From Neoconidiobolus thromboides FSU 785 (taxonomy: Eukaryota; Fungi; Entomophthoromycota), in NCBI GenBank assembly GCA_025603075.1, contig MU626262.1, positions 1 through 64,000 of the forward strand: a stretch of 64,000 nucleotides of DNA, read 5' to 3'. Below the pieces are notes generated by a model. The model was not told where the DNA came from and made no database searches. It saw only the letters and a program-made list of their open reading frames with translations. A program made the position numbers and the translations under genes. The stretch's first letter is position 1, and each line of letters starts with the position of its first letter. Positions 49,240-62,815 of this stretch are shown here, one piece after another.

Positions 49240-50550
49240 TTTGTCTTATATGAGTTAAGGTTAAATTATTAACTAATTCAAGGCGGTCGTAGTAATAAAA
49301 AAATAATTATATCAAACTGAGAGTAATGAAAGTGGTAGATTATAGTATTATAGTGTAAAGTATATAATAAAAGTATAATAAACGTAAATAATATTGGCTA
49401 AAAGTAAACGTCAATTGTATTAGTAGTAGTATTAATTGAGCTATTGATGTCAGTGTATAATTCGTAGTGAATTATTTTAAGTTTGGTTGACTACTTTTAA
49501 AAAAAGGGGAGTTGAAATTATAATTTTTATAAAAATGGATCGCTTATTTAATAGCTTAAAATAGAATTAATCTTAAAGAGATAAGGGGACTTTTTACAAT
49601 TTTTAAAATAAAATCATAAAATCACTTATTAAATTCTTTAAAAAATATCAAAATGTTAAAATTAGAATAGGAAAGTTTATGATATTATTATAATGAAATA
49701 ACAAAGAATATTGACGGTTAGCTTCCAAATTTAACTATTTTGAGTAATGGATCTTTATGTGTTTAATCTGTTGAAGAGCTGAATGTTTACCTAGTTATAA
49801 AAACAAACTCAATATCATTGGTTAATTATCCTTGGTTTCTCCATTTTTATTAAAATAAAGTGTAAGGAGGAATTTACTATTACCCAGTATTAAATTATAT
49901 TCAATATTTAAAGTTTGCTAATTAAAGTTTTATGAGCTATTTATCATCATATTTGATGTAAGTTTAAGTTTATTTTTCAAATGTTGATCTAAATACTTTT
50001 TTAATCAAGCTTTTTTAAAGCTATTTAACATAAGCTATTGTAGTTTATTAAGTTGAAATAGTAAAATTAAAATTTAGAAATCATAATCAAATTTTAAAAG
50101 TACTATGATAAAGACTATACTTTAAAATAAGGTAATGGTGGAGTCATCTTTAATTAAGTATTATAAAGTATTAATTAGCTTTAATTTTTGTACCATACAC
50201 AAAATTAGTCCCAAAGTTAAATTAATTTTAATTTCAAATATTAATAGTAAGCACATATTTTAAAAAAATGTAATAAACCAAATATATAAAATCTAATATC
50301 ACATTCATTGTTATAACTACTACCAATTCATTTAAAAGCGCATTGATTCTACTATATTAATAAATTTTCAAAACGCCAAAGTTATAAAAAATCAAGTAAG
50401 AACAAACAAGCAGCAATAAATTAAAATAAAGCCACCAATCAAGCGAAAGCCTATAAGGGAGGCAGGTGGCTTGTTGCACAGGTCAAAAACTAAGTGCCAA
50501 GTGACAAAATATCTTAGTTTAATTAAATAACACAAATTAATATAAAAAAC

Positions 50551-52697
50551 ATGTCGAAAGAAAAAGAGATATTAAAAAAGAGAGGTAAGAAAAAGATGTC
50601 AGAAAAACAAGATGACATCGAACTCGTGGAGTTGATCGCAAGTGAAGATAAAGAAAAAGAGATCTCTATTAAAGGAAAGCCAGACGATACTTGGAACATC
50701 ATCTTATTAATAATCTTATGTAAATTTATTTATTTCCGTAAAAATCAAAGCTCATGACTAACTACTATTCAGACTTACTACAAGGTATACCTGGAGGTTT
50801 AGCCATGGGTTCTTTACCTTACCTACTGAAAGAAAGACTCAGTTATGGAGAGATTGCTCTATTTAGTTTAATAGCATATCCCTACTCATTAAAATTATTA
50901 TGGTCCCCAATTGTGGATTCATTATATATTAAGAGCATTGGGCGTCGTAAGACATGGATAATTCCAATTCAATTTTTCACTGCTTTCCTACTCTATTGGT
51001 TAGGTAATTATACTCAGGGATTATTAGATGGGGTAAGCTTTTGTTATTTCATGTAATAGAAATAAGTTGATTTGGATTAATATTAGGCCAATATGAACAT
51101 TAGCTCTCTTACAATGTTATACGCAATTCTGATCTTTTTTGCAGCGACTCAAGGTAATTTTGATGAGTTAACCAGTTTGAATATTTGGTTTATATTATAT
51201 ACTAGATATTGCTGTTGATGGCTGGGCATTGACTTTATTATCAGAAGAAAACTTAAGCTATGCTTCAACTTGTCAAACTATTGGGTTAAATACCGGATAT
51301 TTTATGTCATTTACCATCTTTTTGGCTTTGAATTCTGCGGAGTTCAGGTAATATTAATATACTTAGTATATAGAAACAGAGTATTTTATTTATTTTTAGT
51401 AATAAGTTCATCCGTACTGTACCCAGCGATGTTGGTGTCTTATCTATTTCTTCGTATCTTTCTTTTTGGGCTGTTGTGTATGTAATTGTCACTTTCATTT
51501 TATTTTTCAAGCATGAAGTAAGGATCTATATACTACTATCTCAAATTAAATTTTAATTTTACTATCAATCAGGAAAATGAAAAAGAAAGCGATGAAATGA
51601 ACGTAACCGAAACATATAAAAAAATGCTTGAGGTCCTTAAATTACCACGTAAATATCTCTCACATAACGATTATATATTCACTAAATCATAATTTAAAAT
51701 AGAAATCCAAAAGTTGATGGTAATTTTATTGATAAGTAAGATAGGATACATCTGTAATGATGCGGTGACTGGACTAAAGATGATTGAAATGGGTTTTAAA
51801 AAAGAAGATTTGGCTTCCATTGTGTTAATCGACTTCCCTATTCAAATGGTTGTAGGCTATTATGCTGCCAAACAATCAAATGGACCCAGACCCTTGAGAC
51901 CAGTAAGTTTATTTGTCATAGTACAATACAGCATAAATGTGTTTACTATTTATTCAGTGGCTATACGCTTCCTTTGCGCGTCTCCTTCTTTCCTTTTTAT
52001 CCATGTTCGTAGTTTACGGTTTTCCTAAAGATGGTGTAACTGGGACATATATCTTCATCGTTATTTTATCCGGAGTAGTTACTTCTTTTACATCGTAATT
52101 TTATTTTTATTATTAGATCATTATTACTTACTTTGTATCTTAATAGTACCGTACAATTTGTAGGAATCTGTGCCTTTTTCAATCAAATTGCAGATCCTTA
52201 TATTGGGGGTACTTATATGACTGTAGGTTATTTATTGTATTTATTTTAAAATTGTTTTATTTTACCAATTATTATTTAGTTATTAAATACAATCTCAAAC
52301 TTGGGTGGCACTTGGCCTAAATTTTTTATATTAGAGGCAGTGGAATACTTTAGCAAAGCTGAGTGTTCAGTAAGGGATGTTTCTGGTCAAAGTAAGGCTA
52401 TCTCTTAATTTTTTTATTTGCTTAATTTATCTTTTACTTTTATAGTACTCTCATGCGTTAAGGAGGAAGGTAAAAAGCAATGTACTGCTCTGAACGGGAC
52501 ATGTACTTTAATTACAGATGGATATTATTTGGTAAATACAGTAACATGTATTTTAGCTTTATTCATTTGGGTCTTCTTCATTATAAGGCAAATCAAACAG
52601 TTAGAAGGTAAACAACTCATTTCAAACCCAAAATTTAAATTAATTAATATTTCAACTAGTTATCCCACCTTCTGAATGGAAAATTCGTAAAGATTAA
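50551..52697 (+). CDS. SLC33A1: Acetyl-CoA transporter (AT-1 family, MFS; spliced)
   Basis: LLQGIPGGLAMGS, YPYSLKLLWSPIVD, GRRKTWIIP, ATQ|DIAVDGWALTLL, ASTCQTIGLNTGYF, GGTYMT|LLNTISNLGGTWP. Confidence 0.9.
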
Positions 52698-52788
52698 ACG
52701 ATATAATTAGATATTATAAAATAAAATAAAAATATATAAAACTTTATTACTTATTACTACTATTATATTTAAAATCTTATGTTATTCT

Positions 52789-53322
52789 TTATCCTTCCTG
52801 ATAAAGATGTACATTGCTATCAAAATACTCTTTAGCGAGTTTATGGTTCATTACGTTGGCTTGAAACATTGTATCGATCAAATCTCCAACAAATGGAATA
52901 ATACCAATAAAGAAGTCCAAAAATACATTAAATAACATTCTAAAAACAACTGCATAAGGTAGCCCTAATCCCGTAAAAGCCAAGTATACCTGAAATAAAG
53001 CTAGCATCAAAGTTATAGGGTCACCAACCCATGGTATGAGGCCAATAATTGCATCTAAGCCAATAGGTATCGGAAAAGGATTAAAACTAAAGTTATCTAA
53101 GGTTTCTGACAGCTTCTTAACTCTTTTTAAGCTCTGTTTAGCAGCACTTCGTTTAATGGTAGATGGATGTTTACGTTCAAATATCTTAAAAACAACTTCT
53201 GGTTTTACTTTAAAATTATTCCCGTTTCTACCTCCCTTTCTGGTCCTTCTACGTGTGTTGTTGCTACTCTCATATTGGTACTCATTTTCCGAGTCTGAAT
53301 CTAATACTTCAATCTTTACCAT
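52789..53322 (-). CDS. DUF4112-family membrane protein
   Basis: LD...GLDAIIGLIPWVGD...M..NV.LD..IG.IP.VGDL.D..F.AN pattern. Confidence 0.85.
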   Translation of the reverse strand: MVKIEVLDSDSENEYQYESSNNTRRRTRKGGRNGNNFKVKPEVVFKIFERKHPSTIKRSAAKQSLKRVKKLSETLDNFSFNPFPIPIGLDAIIGLIPWVGDPITLMLALFQVYLAFTGLGLPYAVVFRMLFNVFLDFFIGIIPFVGDLIDTMFQANVMNHKLAKEYFDSNVHLYQEG

Positions 53323-54701
53323 ATTTTATAAATAAAAAAGTTATAAAGGTGAAGTTTTTTCATGTCATTTATACTTTTTGATTTAACTTAGCCAAACATA
53401 AAAATTAGGTCATAATTTAAAATGACATTGGAAAGGGGTTGGAATTTCTATATTTGGAGAAACTGCTAATATTTTTTTGCATTTAAATGATTTAGATGAG
53501 GTTGAGTAAATTTGAGATGAAATTTAAAGTTAACTATTGATTGGCATAAACAAAATATTTGGTTATAAATAATCAAAGTTTGGAATATGATAGATGAATT
53601 GAGTATAGCTTATAATTTTCTTGTGTAGCATCATTGTTTATACAGCATTTTCAATTCAGCTTTACTAAGTTGGTTTTTGACAGAACCAAAACCAATAAGC
53701 CAGATTTTACAAACTGGTAGCATCAAAGGCAGCCCAGTAAAATTAGATTAGAGGTGCTATAATAGATAGCGATCTTTAAAAAAAAACCATAGCTCCACTC
53801 ACCCTTAAACCTAGAGTTTGAACTAACAAAATATAAGACTATTTGCTGTTCGAATCATTATTTACCAAGATGATTTTAATATTAACAAGCATTGAAAAAA
53901 TAGTAGTAAATTCAAAACAATAACCTTGAGAATTCTTTTTCAATAAAAATTGTAATCAAATTAGTAAAACAGTCAATGTCACGATATACTAATTTCAGAT
54001 GAGTTTTCTATAAACAAAATTTTATATCATATAACGATATTTACAACCGAAATTATTAATGGATAATATATGTTCAACAAAAATGACCTCTAAGTTTCAT
54101 TCATATATTTATTAAAACTAGCATAAACTGGTTCATTTAACTAAAACTTTGAAATTCTATTCAGAATTTGACTGGAATCAGTATCCATTTATCCCTACAT
54201 TTTTGGGCAGGAATTAATTTATTATGAACAATTTGTTACTATGGGTTGAAAATTTTAGCATGGCCTCGATTAAAATGAGCTTATAGTGAAAGAACGCGGT
54301 ATTTTCAGTGACTAATAAGAAAGTGTTATTTTTTATTTTGATTCGTGTTTAGAGAACAATCATAATCAAGACTCTAAAATAAGTCATTTTAGTTATAAGT
54401 CAATAATTGGAAAGTAAATAAATTGTATTTTACAATCATTTTTCATGTTTAAGCAAATTACCAAATATAGTATTGCGGGCTCATCTTCAGCCGTCAATTC
54501 CAAAACTCGAAAAACACATTAACACAAAGAACATTTTTTGATTGGCTAAATAATAACGTATCAAAATTTGACGAATCAAAGGAATCCATTTTCAAACCAA
54601 TGCTCCAGAAAAAAAACATACGATAATTTAAACTCAAAAGCTATAAATAGCCGAAAAACTAAACTCTAAATCACAAAGTTTTTCAACAAAACAAACCAAG
54701 A

Positions 54702-56001
54702 ATGAGCAACCATCAAGCAGATATTGAAGGAGCAAAAAAACTCCATGGAAGCGTCAGCAGCAGCCAAACATTCTTTGAAAAGGTAGCTAATAAAGATAAG
54801 GCATTGGCTTCGGAAATCGCTGATGAATACAGGAGTTTCTGGGACAGCCGTAGAACTGGAGAAGAAGATGAGAAAAACTTGGAAAAGAGAGCTACCAATT
54901 ACACCAAATTGGTTAATGCTTACTACAATTTATCTACCGACCTTTATGAAGTAAGAGTGTTTATTTATTTTAGTAGTTTTTATTTAACTGATCTTTTTAG
55001 TATGGTTGGGGAACTTCTTTCCATTTCGCTCGTATGTATAAAGGTGAAAGCTTATTCCAATCTATTGCCCGTCACCAACACTTCCTTGCTTCAAAGTTAC
55101 GTCTTGCTGAAGGCATGAAAGTATTGGTAAGTTGCACAAGATCCAATAATAGACTCTGACTAATCACATGAATTAGGATGTGGGCTGTGGTGTTGGTGGA
55201 CCAGCTCGTGAAATGATCCAGTTTTCTGGAGCACATGTAACTCATTTCAACAATAATGCTTATCAACTTGAAAGAGCAGCCAGTTATGCCGCTGCTGCTG
55301 GTATCTCTGATTTATGTGCTTTTATTAAAGGTGATTTTATGAATATGGAAATCCCAGATAACACATTTGATGGAGCTTATGCTATTGAGGCTACTTGTCA
55401 TGCACCTAAACTTGCTGGGGTATATGGAGAAATGTTTCGCGTCGTAAAACCAGGAGGTAGAGTTGCTTTGTATGAGTGGTGTATGACCGATAAATATGAT
55501 GAAGCTAACCCAGAACATAAGCGTATTTCTCTTGGTATTGAGGTAATCAAATATGAATATAAATATCTCATTTTTTTATATTTTTAAAGGAGGGCGATGG
55601 TATTGCTAAATTGTTCACTTGTGATGAAGCCTTAGAAGCCTTTAAATCCGTTGGCTTTGAAGTTGAGTACTCTAAAGATATTACTCAATTTACAGGTAAT
55701 GATATCCCATGGTATGTACCATTAGAAGGACGTATTTCAGATGGTATTATGGGATTCTTCCGTACTAAATTCGGAAAATCAGTCACTCATCGTCTTGTAA
55801 GCTATATTATCATATTCAATTGTAAATTTATTAATTTAAATTTAATAGGTTGGCGTTTTAGAATCAATTGGAATAGCACCAAAAGGTACATCTCATATGT
55901 CAGAGGTACTTTCAGTTGCTCAAGATCATTTGATTGAGGGAGCTAAATTAGGTATCTTTACTCCTATGTTTATGTTAGTTGGTCGTAAACCAGAAAATTA
56001 A
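54702..56001 (+). CDS. ERG6: Sterol 24-C-methyltransferase (spliced)
   Basis: YYNLSTDLYE|YGWGTSFHF, LARHQHF, L|DVGCGVGGP, YAIEATCHAP, GIE|EGDGI, FTPMFMLVGRKPEN*. Confidence 0.96.
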
Positions 56002-56369
56002 TATTTTTAACTAATCGAAATTTTAAAATAAAATCTTTATCTATTTATACTGTTTTATCTTATTTTGTTGGTTTTTTACACTAAAACCTTTTAAGCATTA
56101 AGACATTATTTATTTTTGAGCTAGTCATTAAGATTTGTTCGAATTAAATGTTAAATGATGATAAGATATTCAGAAGTAAATATTCTTAGGTATGGTAGTC
56201 TTATACCTCTGAACCTTTTATTTTCATATAAATATTATCATGCTTATACCAATGTTCTATTGGAAATCAAATGAAAAAACCTTTTAACTTGTAAAATAGT
56301 GATCTTAAAAATAAGGCCATATGATTGAGTTTAAATATCTAAATTTGTTAGAAAAAATAAAATTAAACC

Positions 56370-56467
56370 ATGTAGGGATGTATTTTAAGAATTTTATTAA
56401 CAATCTTTCCGCTCAAATAATGCTTAAAAAATGGAAAAAGTAATGAAACCAAAAAACATCCTCATAT
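56370..56467 (-). mobile_element. MITE-like element, copy M15
   Basis: GGGATGTATTTT..CCGCTCAAATAATGC..AAACATCCTCATAT, 49 bp beyond the EF-G stop codon. Confidence 0.85.
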
Positions 56468-56516
56468 AACATATAATTATTTATTCTAATGCTTCTTTCT
56501 AAAATTTTAGATTAAC

Positions 56517-59088
56517 TTATGCTTTACCTTCAGACTTTTTCTTAGCATAATCTTTAACCATATCTTCTTGAACATAAGGTGGGACTGGGGAGTGCTCAAA
56601 ATACTCCATAGTGAACTCACCTTTGCCTTGGGTAGCTGATCTTAATTCTGTAGAATACCCAAACATGTTATTTAATGGTACGCGACATACGGCTTGGAAA
56701 TAATCTTCTTGTACTTCCGAATCAACAATAGTACCTTTACGTCTGTTGATAGATCCCATTACAGTACCTTGGAACTCTACTGGTGCACTGATTTCTACAG
56801 TCATAATAGGTTCTAATACAACTGGGCTGGTTTTAGGGTAAGCTTCTCTGAAGGCATGGAAGGCGGCAGTTCTGAAGGCTAATTCTGAGGAATCTACAGA
56901 GTGAGCAAGACCATCTTCAAGTACTACTTTAACACCTTTAACTCTATGGCCAATCAAAGGACCCTTTTCTAAAGCATCTTGGAAACCCTTATCTACAGCT
57001 GGTATATAATTTTGTGGGATAGTACCACCTACTACTTGATCTAAGAATTGGAATTCAGGTACAGTACTATCTTCATCTTCAGCATTCTCAAACTCAGTTG
57101 GATCAATGGGCTCAATATAACCAATAACACGACCAAACTGTCCAGAACCACCGGTTTGTTTCTTATGAGTATAGTTAAACTCTGCTTTTTGAGTGATTGT
57201 TTCTCTAAATGCTACTTGGGGTTTTCCGGTCACACAATCGACTCCATACTCTCTCTTTAATCTTTCGACATAAATGTCCAAGTGTAATTCTCCCATACCT
57301 GAAATAATGGTTTCTTTGCTTTCAGCATCTAAATGAACTCTAAATGTGGGATCTTCTTTTTGGAATCTATTTAAGGCCTTGGAGAAAGAGCCTGTATCTT
57401 TAGTTTTTGGCGTTAACGATAGTGATATTACTGGGTCTGGTACAAACATTGATGTCTATTATAAAAAATTATTATTGAAAATATGTCATAATACAATATT
57501 TAGCTATTACCATTGAAAGGTTGACTTTACCATCAGTAAAAGTATCCCCAGAAGCACATTCAATACCAAATAATGCACAAATTTCACCGGCACCTACTCT
57601 ATCAACGTCCTAAATAAAAAATATTAGTGTTGAATTACTTTTTGATTTTATGTCATAATAATCTACTTACCTCCATTTCATTTGAATGCATTCTCACTAA
57701 TCTGGCAATCTTGATCTTTTTACCAGTTTTGATATGAGTGACATTGGTTCCTTTAACAAGCTCTCCTTGATAAACACGGACATAGGTTAATTGACCATAT
57801 TTTCCTTCTTCTAGTTTGAAAGCAAGACCAACGAAGTTATTATTCGAGTAAGGTACTAAATCAACTACAGCTTCTTGATTTTTGAGATCCAAGGCAGTAT
57901 TTTTAACCTCAAATGGTTTAGGTAAAAATTTAACGACACCATCCAATAAAGTTTGGATACCTTTATCTTTAATGGCACTACCCATCATTACAGGTGTAAA
58001 TTTCAATGCCAAAGTAGCCCTTCTGATAGCCAACGACAATTGTTCAGAAGTTGGTTCTTCTTCCATTAAAAACAATTCAGCTATTTCATCATCCACATTG
58101 GCCAAATTTTCAATTAATTCCATACGTTTGATCTTTGCTTTTTCCATTAAATCTTGTGGTATCTCTTTAGTAACAATATCTGAACCTCTGTAGCCTTCGT
58201 TATAGATAGCTTTCATTTCAATGAGATCAATCACACCAGCAAACTTATCTTCGGTGCCAATAGGAATTTGAAGTGCTGCTGATGGGATCTTTAATTTTGC
58301 TCGGATCTGTTCCACAATACGGTCTGGATTAGCACCTGCACGATCCATCTTATTAATAAATGATATTCTTGGTACATTGTATCTTTTCATTTGCCTATCT
58401 ACAGTGATAGTTTGGGATTGTACTCCAGATACTGAACATAATACTAATACTGCACCATCTAATACTCTCAATGCTCTTTCAACTTCAATAGTGAAGTCAA
58501 CATGGCCTAGAAGTAGATTTTAATCAACTGGTTAATGATTTTGACTTAAATAACTTACCAGGGGTATCAATAATGTTCAAATTGGTTTCATTCCATTTAC
58601 AATAAGTGGCAGCAGATTGAATGGTGATTCCCTTTTCTCTTTCTAACTCCATAGAATCCATCTTTGCCCCAACGTTATCTTTACCACGTACTTCATGAAT
58701 CTCCTTGATTCTGCCGGTGTAAAATAAAACACGCTCAGTTAAAGTGGTTTTTCCACTGTCTATATGTGCTGAAATACCGATATTTCTTAAGCGATTTAGA
58801 CGTAACTAATAGGAAAAATTAAGTGAATTAGAATATAAAGTGTAATCTTTTTACCCAATCTTTTTCTTCAACACCTTCTGGGGGAGCAGAAATATTTAAA
58901 GAAGGGGAATATGAGGCTGAATAGTTACGAATGGGATTGAATTTATAAATTGAATTAAAATTGTTAGTCATGCTATTGACCTTTTGAGCCTCATTGTAGA
59001 AATTGAGATTGATAACTCTCTTTCCTATTGGATTCGATCTCTTTGAGATGGCTCTTAATGATAGACTGCTTAATCTTCTTAAACTCAT
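56517..59088 (-). CDS. MEF1: Mitochondrial elongation factor G1 (spliced)
   Basis: Presequence, [39 protein letters not shown]|[34 protein letters not shown]. Confidence 0.97.
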
Positions 59089-59696
59089 AGTTTCTATATT
59101 CCCTTCTTTTTTCTATTTCTATTATGTTTTCAAAAAAAAGATAACTTAGTTATTTTGATTTTTTTTAATTTCTAGCTTCGAACTTTTCCCCAAAAATCGA
59201 GTTTTTTGTTGAATTTTATTGGTTAAATTTTATTTGGCTTTCTAATGAAATCAAGCTTTTTTCATATTAAAATGAAAATTAAATATTAAATATTATGCCC
59301 AACAATAGCTAATTATATTACATAAAATTTACATTGCTTTAATGTTCATATAACTATAGATTTTTGATTGATGAGTTGTACATTATTTTAAAGTAAAATA
59401 CTATCTTATACTACTCAAAAAAGGATAAACTAATACCGATCAATATTATTCTCATTAAATTATATAAGTTACTTTATTGATAATTAAATACTTTTAATGA
59501 AATGTTGATGTGCATTAAAATGACCATGATTGTATGACTGTAATTTAAAATAAAAATATGAGAGGAAATATTATTGAAAAAGGAATAACTCACACTAAAA
59601 TTTAAGAAGTACTATATGTTTAAATATTTTTCTTTACGACATTTTAACTAATATAAAAAATCCCTTTAATTGTATTGAATTTATGAAATTCAAAAT

Positions 59697-60420
59697 CTAA
59701 CATTTAATTTCCATATCAGATAAGTCAGTTTGAGATCCTGGTACAATACCATGTTGAGAAGCACGAGTAAATAAACTATAATAGAATAAGATTGAAATTA
59801 AAGCTTTAAAAAATAAGTTACTCTGGTGTACATATTTTCTTGAACCCAATCTTTACAGGCTCTGCTTCTAAAAGACTAAGCAAAAAATAAGTAAATCTTA
59901 ATTTAAAAATCTGTACACAAGTTACCGAATACGAGCTCTTTCTTGGGCTGATTTCAACATAATAACTTGCTTCTGTTTGGACTCTTCTTCGCTTTCTTGA
60001 TGAAATTCAATCCAGCGGGTGATTGGATGATGGCCCTATTAAAAATTTAGTGTAAATTACATTTATTATTTGATCCTATCTAGTTACTTCTGAAAAAAAG
60101 GTGGCGTCAAATTTAGACCAAGCATAGAAACCGGCAATTACATAAATAGAGCGTTTCCACCATGGACTGAAAAAGGTTTCTATAAATGAAAAATAAACAA
60201 TATTCATTTGTAGTTTCAATCTATTGTATTACCCTCTGGATACTTTTCTTCAGTTTTATTCTCACTTTCTGTTGACCCAAATCTCTTGAAAGAGGTAGCA
60301 GATAATAAATTTCGGTTTAGTGACCTTACGCCTAAGGTTGAAATCTAATATTTTTGCTTTAATATGGTATTTCCCTTTTTATTCTTTATCTTTTACTTTG
60401 TTAATATTTAATCCTTTCAT
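59697..60420 (-). CDS. Probable mitochondrial complex I accessory subunit, fungal 17.8 kDa type (spliced; missed by the ORF track)
   Basis: Assembled exons: MKGLNINK|ISTLGVRSLNRNLLSATSFKRF presequence, TFFSPWWKRSIYVIAGFYAW TM, HPITRWIEF, FTRASQHGIVPGSQTDLSDMEIKC* (resembles the GSP.NVP.GSQ.DLS motif). Confidence 0.65.
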
Positions 60421-61150
60421 CTTAAAATTTTGTTAAAATGAATTTTGATTGATTTTGTAATGATCAATCTCAATCTAATCATTTTTTAAACTATGTCCCA
60501 TAAGTTTTAGGGTTAATTTTTATAAATTATCTGGAAATTTTTAGCTGAAAATATCCGTTCTATGTAAATAATTTAAAATGAATAAGTAATAGTTGAGCTA
60601 ATGTTTGATGATTTGTATGAAGCATTCTTAGTTTTATACTATATGTATTTATATTAATTTTAATTTTATCATCCTATTCAACTAGCTAGGCTAAAATAAT
60701 ATAAATGTTCTTGTTTCAAAAGTTTACTAAAATTTTCTAAATTTTTCAAGCTTTATGCTACATAAAATATGGCCAAATCACTGAAGTGAAAAAGACAACC
60801 CTGTATAAAACTGTATAAACTTTATAAAAAATTTACAAGAGGAATGTGTAAAATATTCAAGTGATACGATGTGCATTTTCATGCTAATATTATATAGCAA
60901 CTATATTACATAGAAGACATATTTATGTCATATATACGAAGTTGACGTTTTTTATAAACATAGCTTCATGCTAAATATTCTTTATAACATAAATAAGAAA
61001 AATTATTATTCAGAAAAGGTTTAACAAGAAAATTCATTTAAAAATAATATAAGTGGTAATTTTTAATGCTACATCATGATAAAATATAAAATAAAATAAA
61101 GGCATTTATTTATTAAAAACATAGAAAAATAGCTAACAAAATATTTTTAT

Positions 61151-61913
61151 TCAAAGGATAAAGTTACATAATAAAGAAATCGAAAAAACAAAAGCCAACT
61201 TTGCACTAATAAATGTGTTAGCATTATTCGCTGAAGAGCTACTTGGGTTTGGTATACTTGAGCTTGATTTACTTTGACTTGACCCATTTTGACTTGATTT
61301 ACCTTCATCTAGTTTACTTTCAAACTGGTGATCATTTCCTTTAAAAACTTTACAACATGATTCGGTACAAATATAATAATAAAACTTGTTCAGATCATTT
61401 TTAATGATATCGTCAGAAATCGGACTATCGCCAAAACAGAAATAATTACCTTTGGTTATGACATTTTCAGCTAAGTCGTATTTAAAATCTTTTTTGAAAT
61501 CATCAGCTGATAGATCAATATTGTATTCTTTTGGATTACTTTCATTTGGTCTACTTTTATAACGTTTATTATTTCCTTTAAACACTTTACAATAAGACTC
61601 ATTACAAATAGAATAAAAAAAATTTTCAAGGTTGTTAGTGACTATATCGTTGCTTATTGAACAGTCACCAAAACAGCAATAGCTATCTATACATGCTATT
61701 GATTCACTCGAACTTTGGTTAAAAAATGTCCTCAAATTGTAATCTGATAATTTAATAGTGTAGTTTTTTTCCATACATTTACTTTGAAGTAAGTAAAAAG
61801 TCAATATTTGACAAATTATTGATTCTCAAGTTATTTATATTTCTAATTTATGATGATGTAATGTAACAACCAATAGAACATCAAGATAGTCACTGGACTG
61901 TGACTAGCTTCAT
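61151..61913 (-). pseudogene. Cys-repeat, GPI-signal surface protein (copy A); 5' end apparently frameshifted
   Basis: ORF 61151..61804 has two (D/N)SYxCFGD..I..D...N.L..F.Y.IC.ES.CKVFKG repeats, a Ser-rich spacer and a hydrophobic C-terminal tail. The ATG at 61913, in the same GGTCAAAA context as copy B, hits TGA at codon 8 and is out of frame. It could still be translated from a downstream Met. Confidence 0.6.
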
Positions 61914-62815
61914 TTTTGACCATACTGTTCTATTTACTATTTTACTTTTATGAGTTTACCAAACTAATTTTTATGGTGCTAATGTCATATGAGATTAATG
62001 AAAAAGTGATTTTTTATAAAATCTTGGAAACTAAAGTTGGGTTCTAAAATTGTCAAATTCGATCCTAACTTAAATTCGAAACTAATTGTATTATTCCAAG
62101 TATTTGATGGAATATCGTGTATAAAGTAAGCTGCCATTAGAAAAGCATTTTGGTTTTTACCTTATTATGTTATTTTCAAAAAAGATTCCACTTTAAATTA
62201 TGATATGATAGCATAGCTGATAAGCCGAGTAAAGCATTGATGTGATAAAAAAATGTGTTACTCATCCTTCAAAAAACATACATAGTTGGACGTGTTAAAT
62301 TGTGCTGTTTGTAATAAGTAGTAAGAAAGCTCATTTTTTAGAATCCAAAAAACCACTCCACTTTAATAATCTATGTTAACTATCTAGTATATCTTTTAGT
62401 ATAAGTAATACTCAATAGGCATCTTCATAAATATCTAGAAAGCTGAAAAGCTGGTATTAAGCTAAATTCTATTTTCTAATGCAATAAATCATCTGTTGAG
62501 ATTTGCTTACAGACTTTACTATTGAGTATACATTTTATAGCAACTTCAATATTGAATTGATATAATTTTTCGACACTATTCTTCAAAAGTTTTCTATCAA
62601 ATCCCTCACATTATATTCGAGAGGTTCTACAGAAATAGAAATGCTTCTTTTTATCTGACAACAATGTAAGCATTGTTTTTTATAGCATTAAAATAAATGT
62701 GTTATTTTGATAGATGCTTAAATAAAACTATTTTATCTTGAAGTATAATAGTTGCATATTTTTTGATACGAGATCATGCTTAAACAGAAGGATTTAAAGA
62801 TCAGTATTTTTATTT

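Noticed and set aside
27867-56001. OPI3, ARV1, the acetyl-CoA transporter and ERG6 as a possible lipid/sterol gene cluster
   Set aside because: Spread over 28 kb and interleaved with unrelated housekeeping genes; no evidence of co-regulation.
5033-58193. Antisense and alternative-frame ORFs (e.g. 5033, 5246, 8581, 10285, 13345, 15274, 17770, 53036, 54713, 57048, 57882)
   Set aside because: Shadows of real genes or of low-complexity Asn/Asp/His repeats; no independent homology or splice support.
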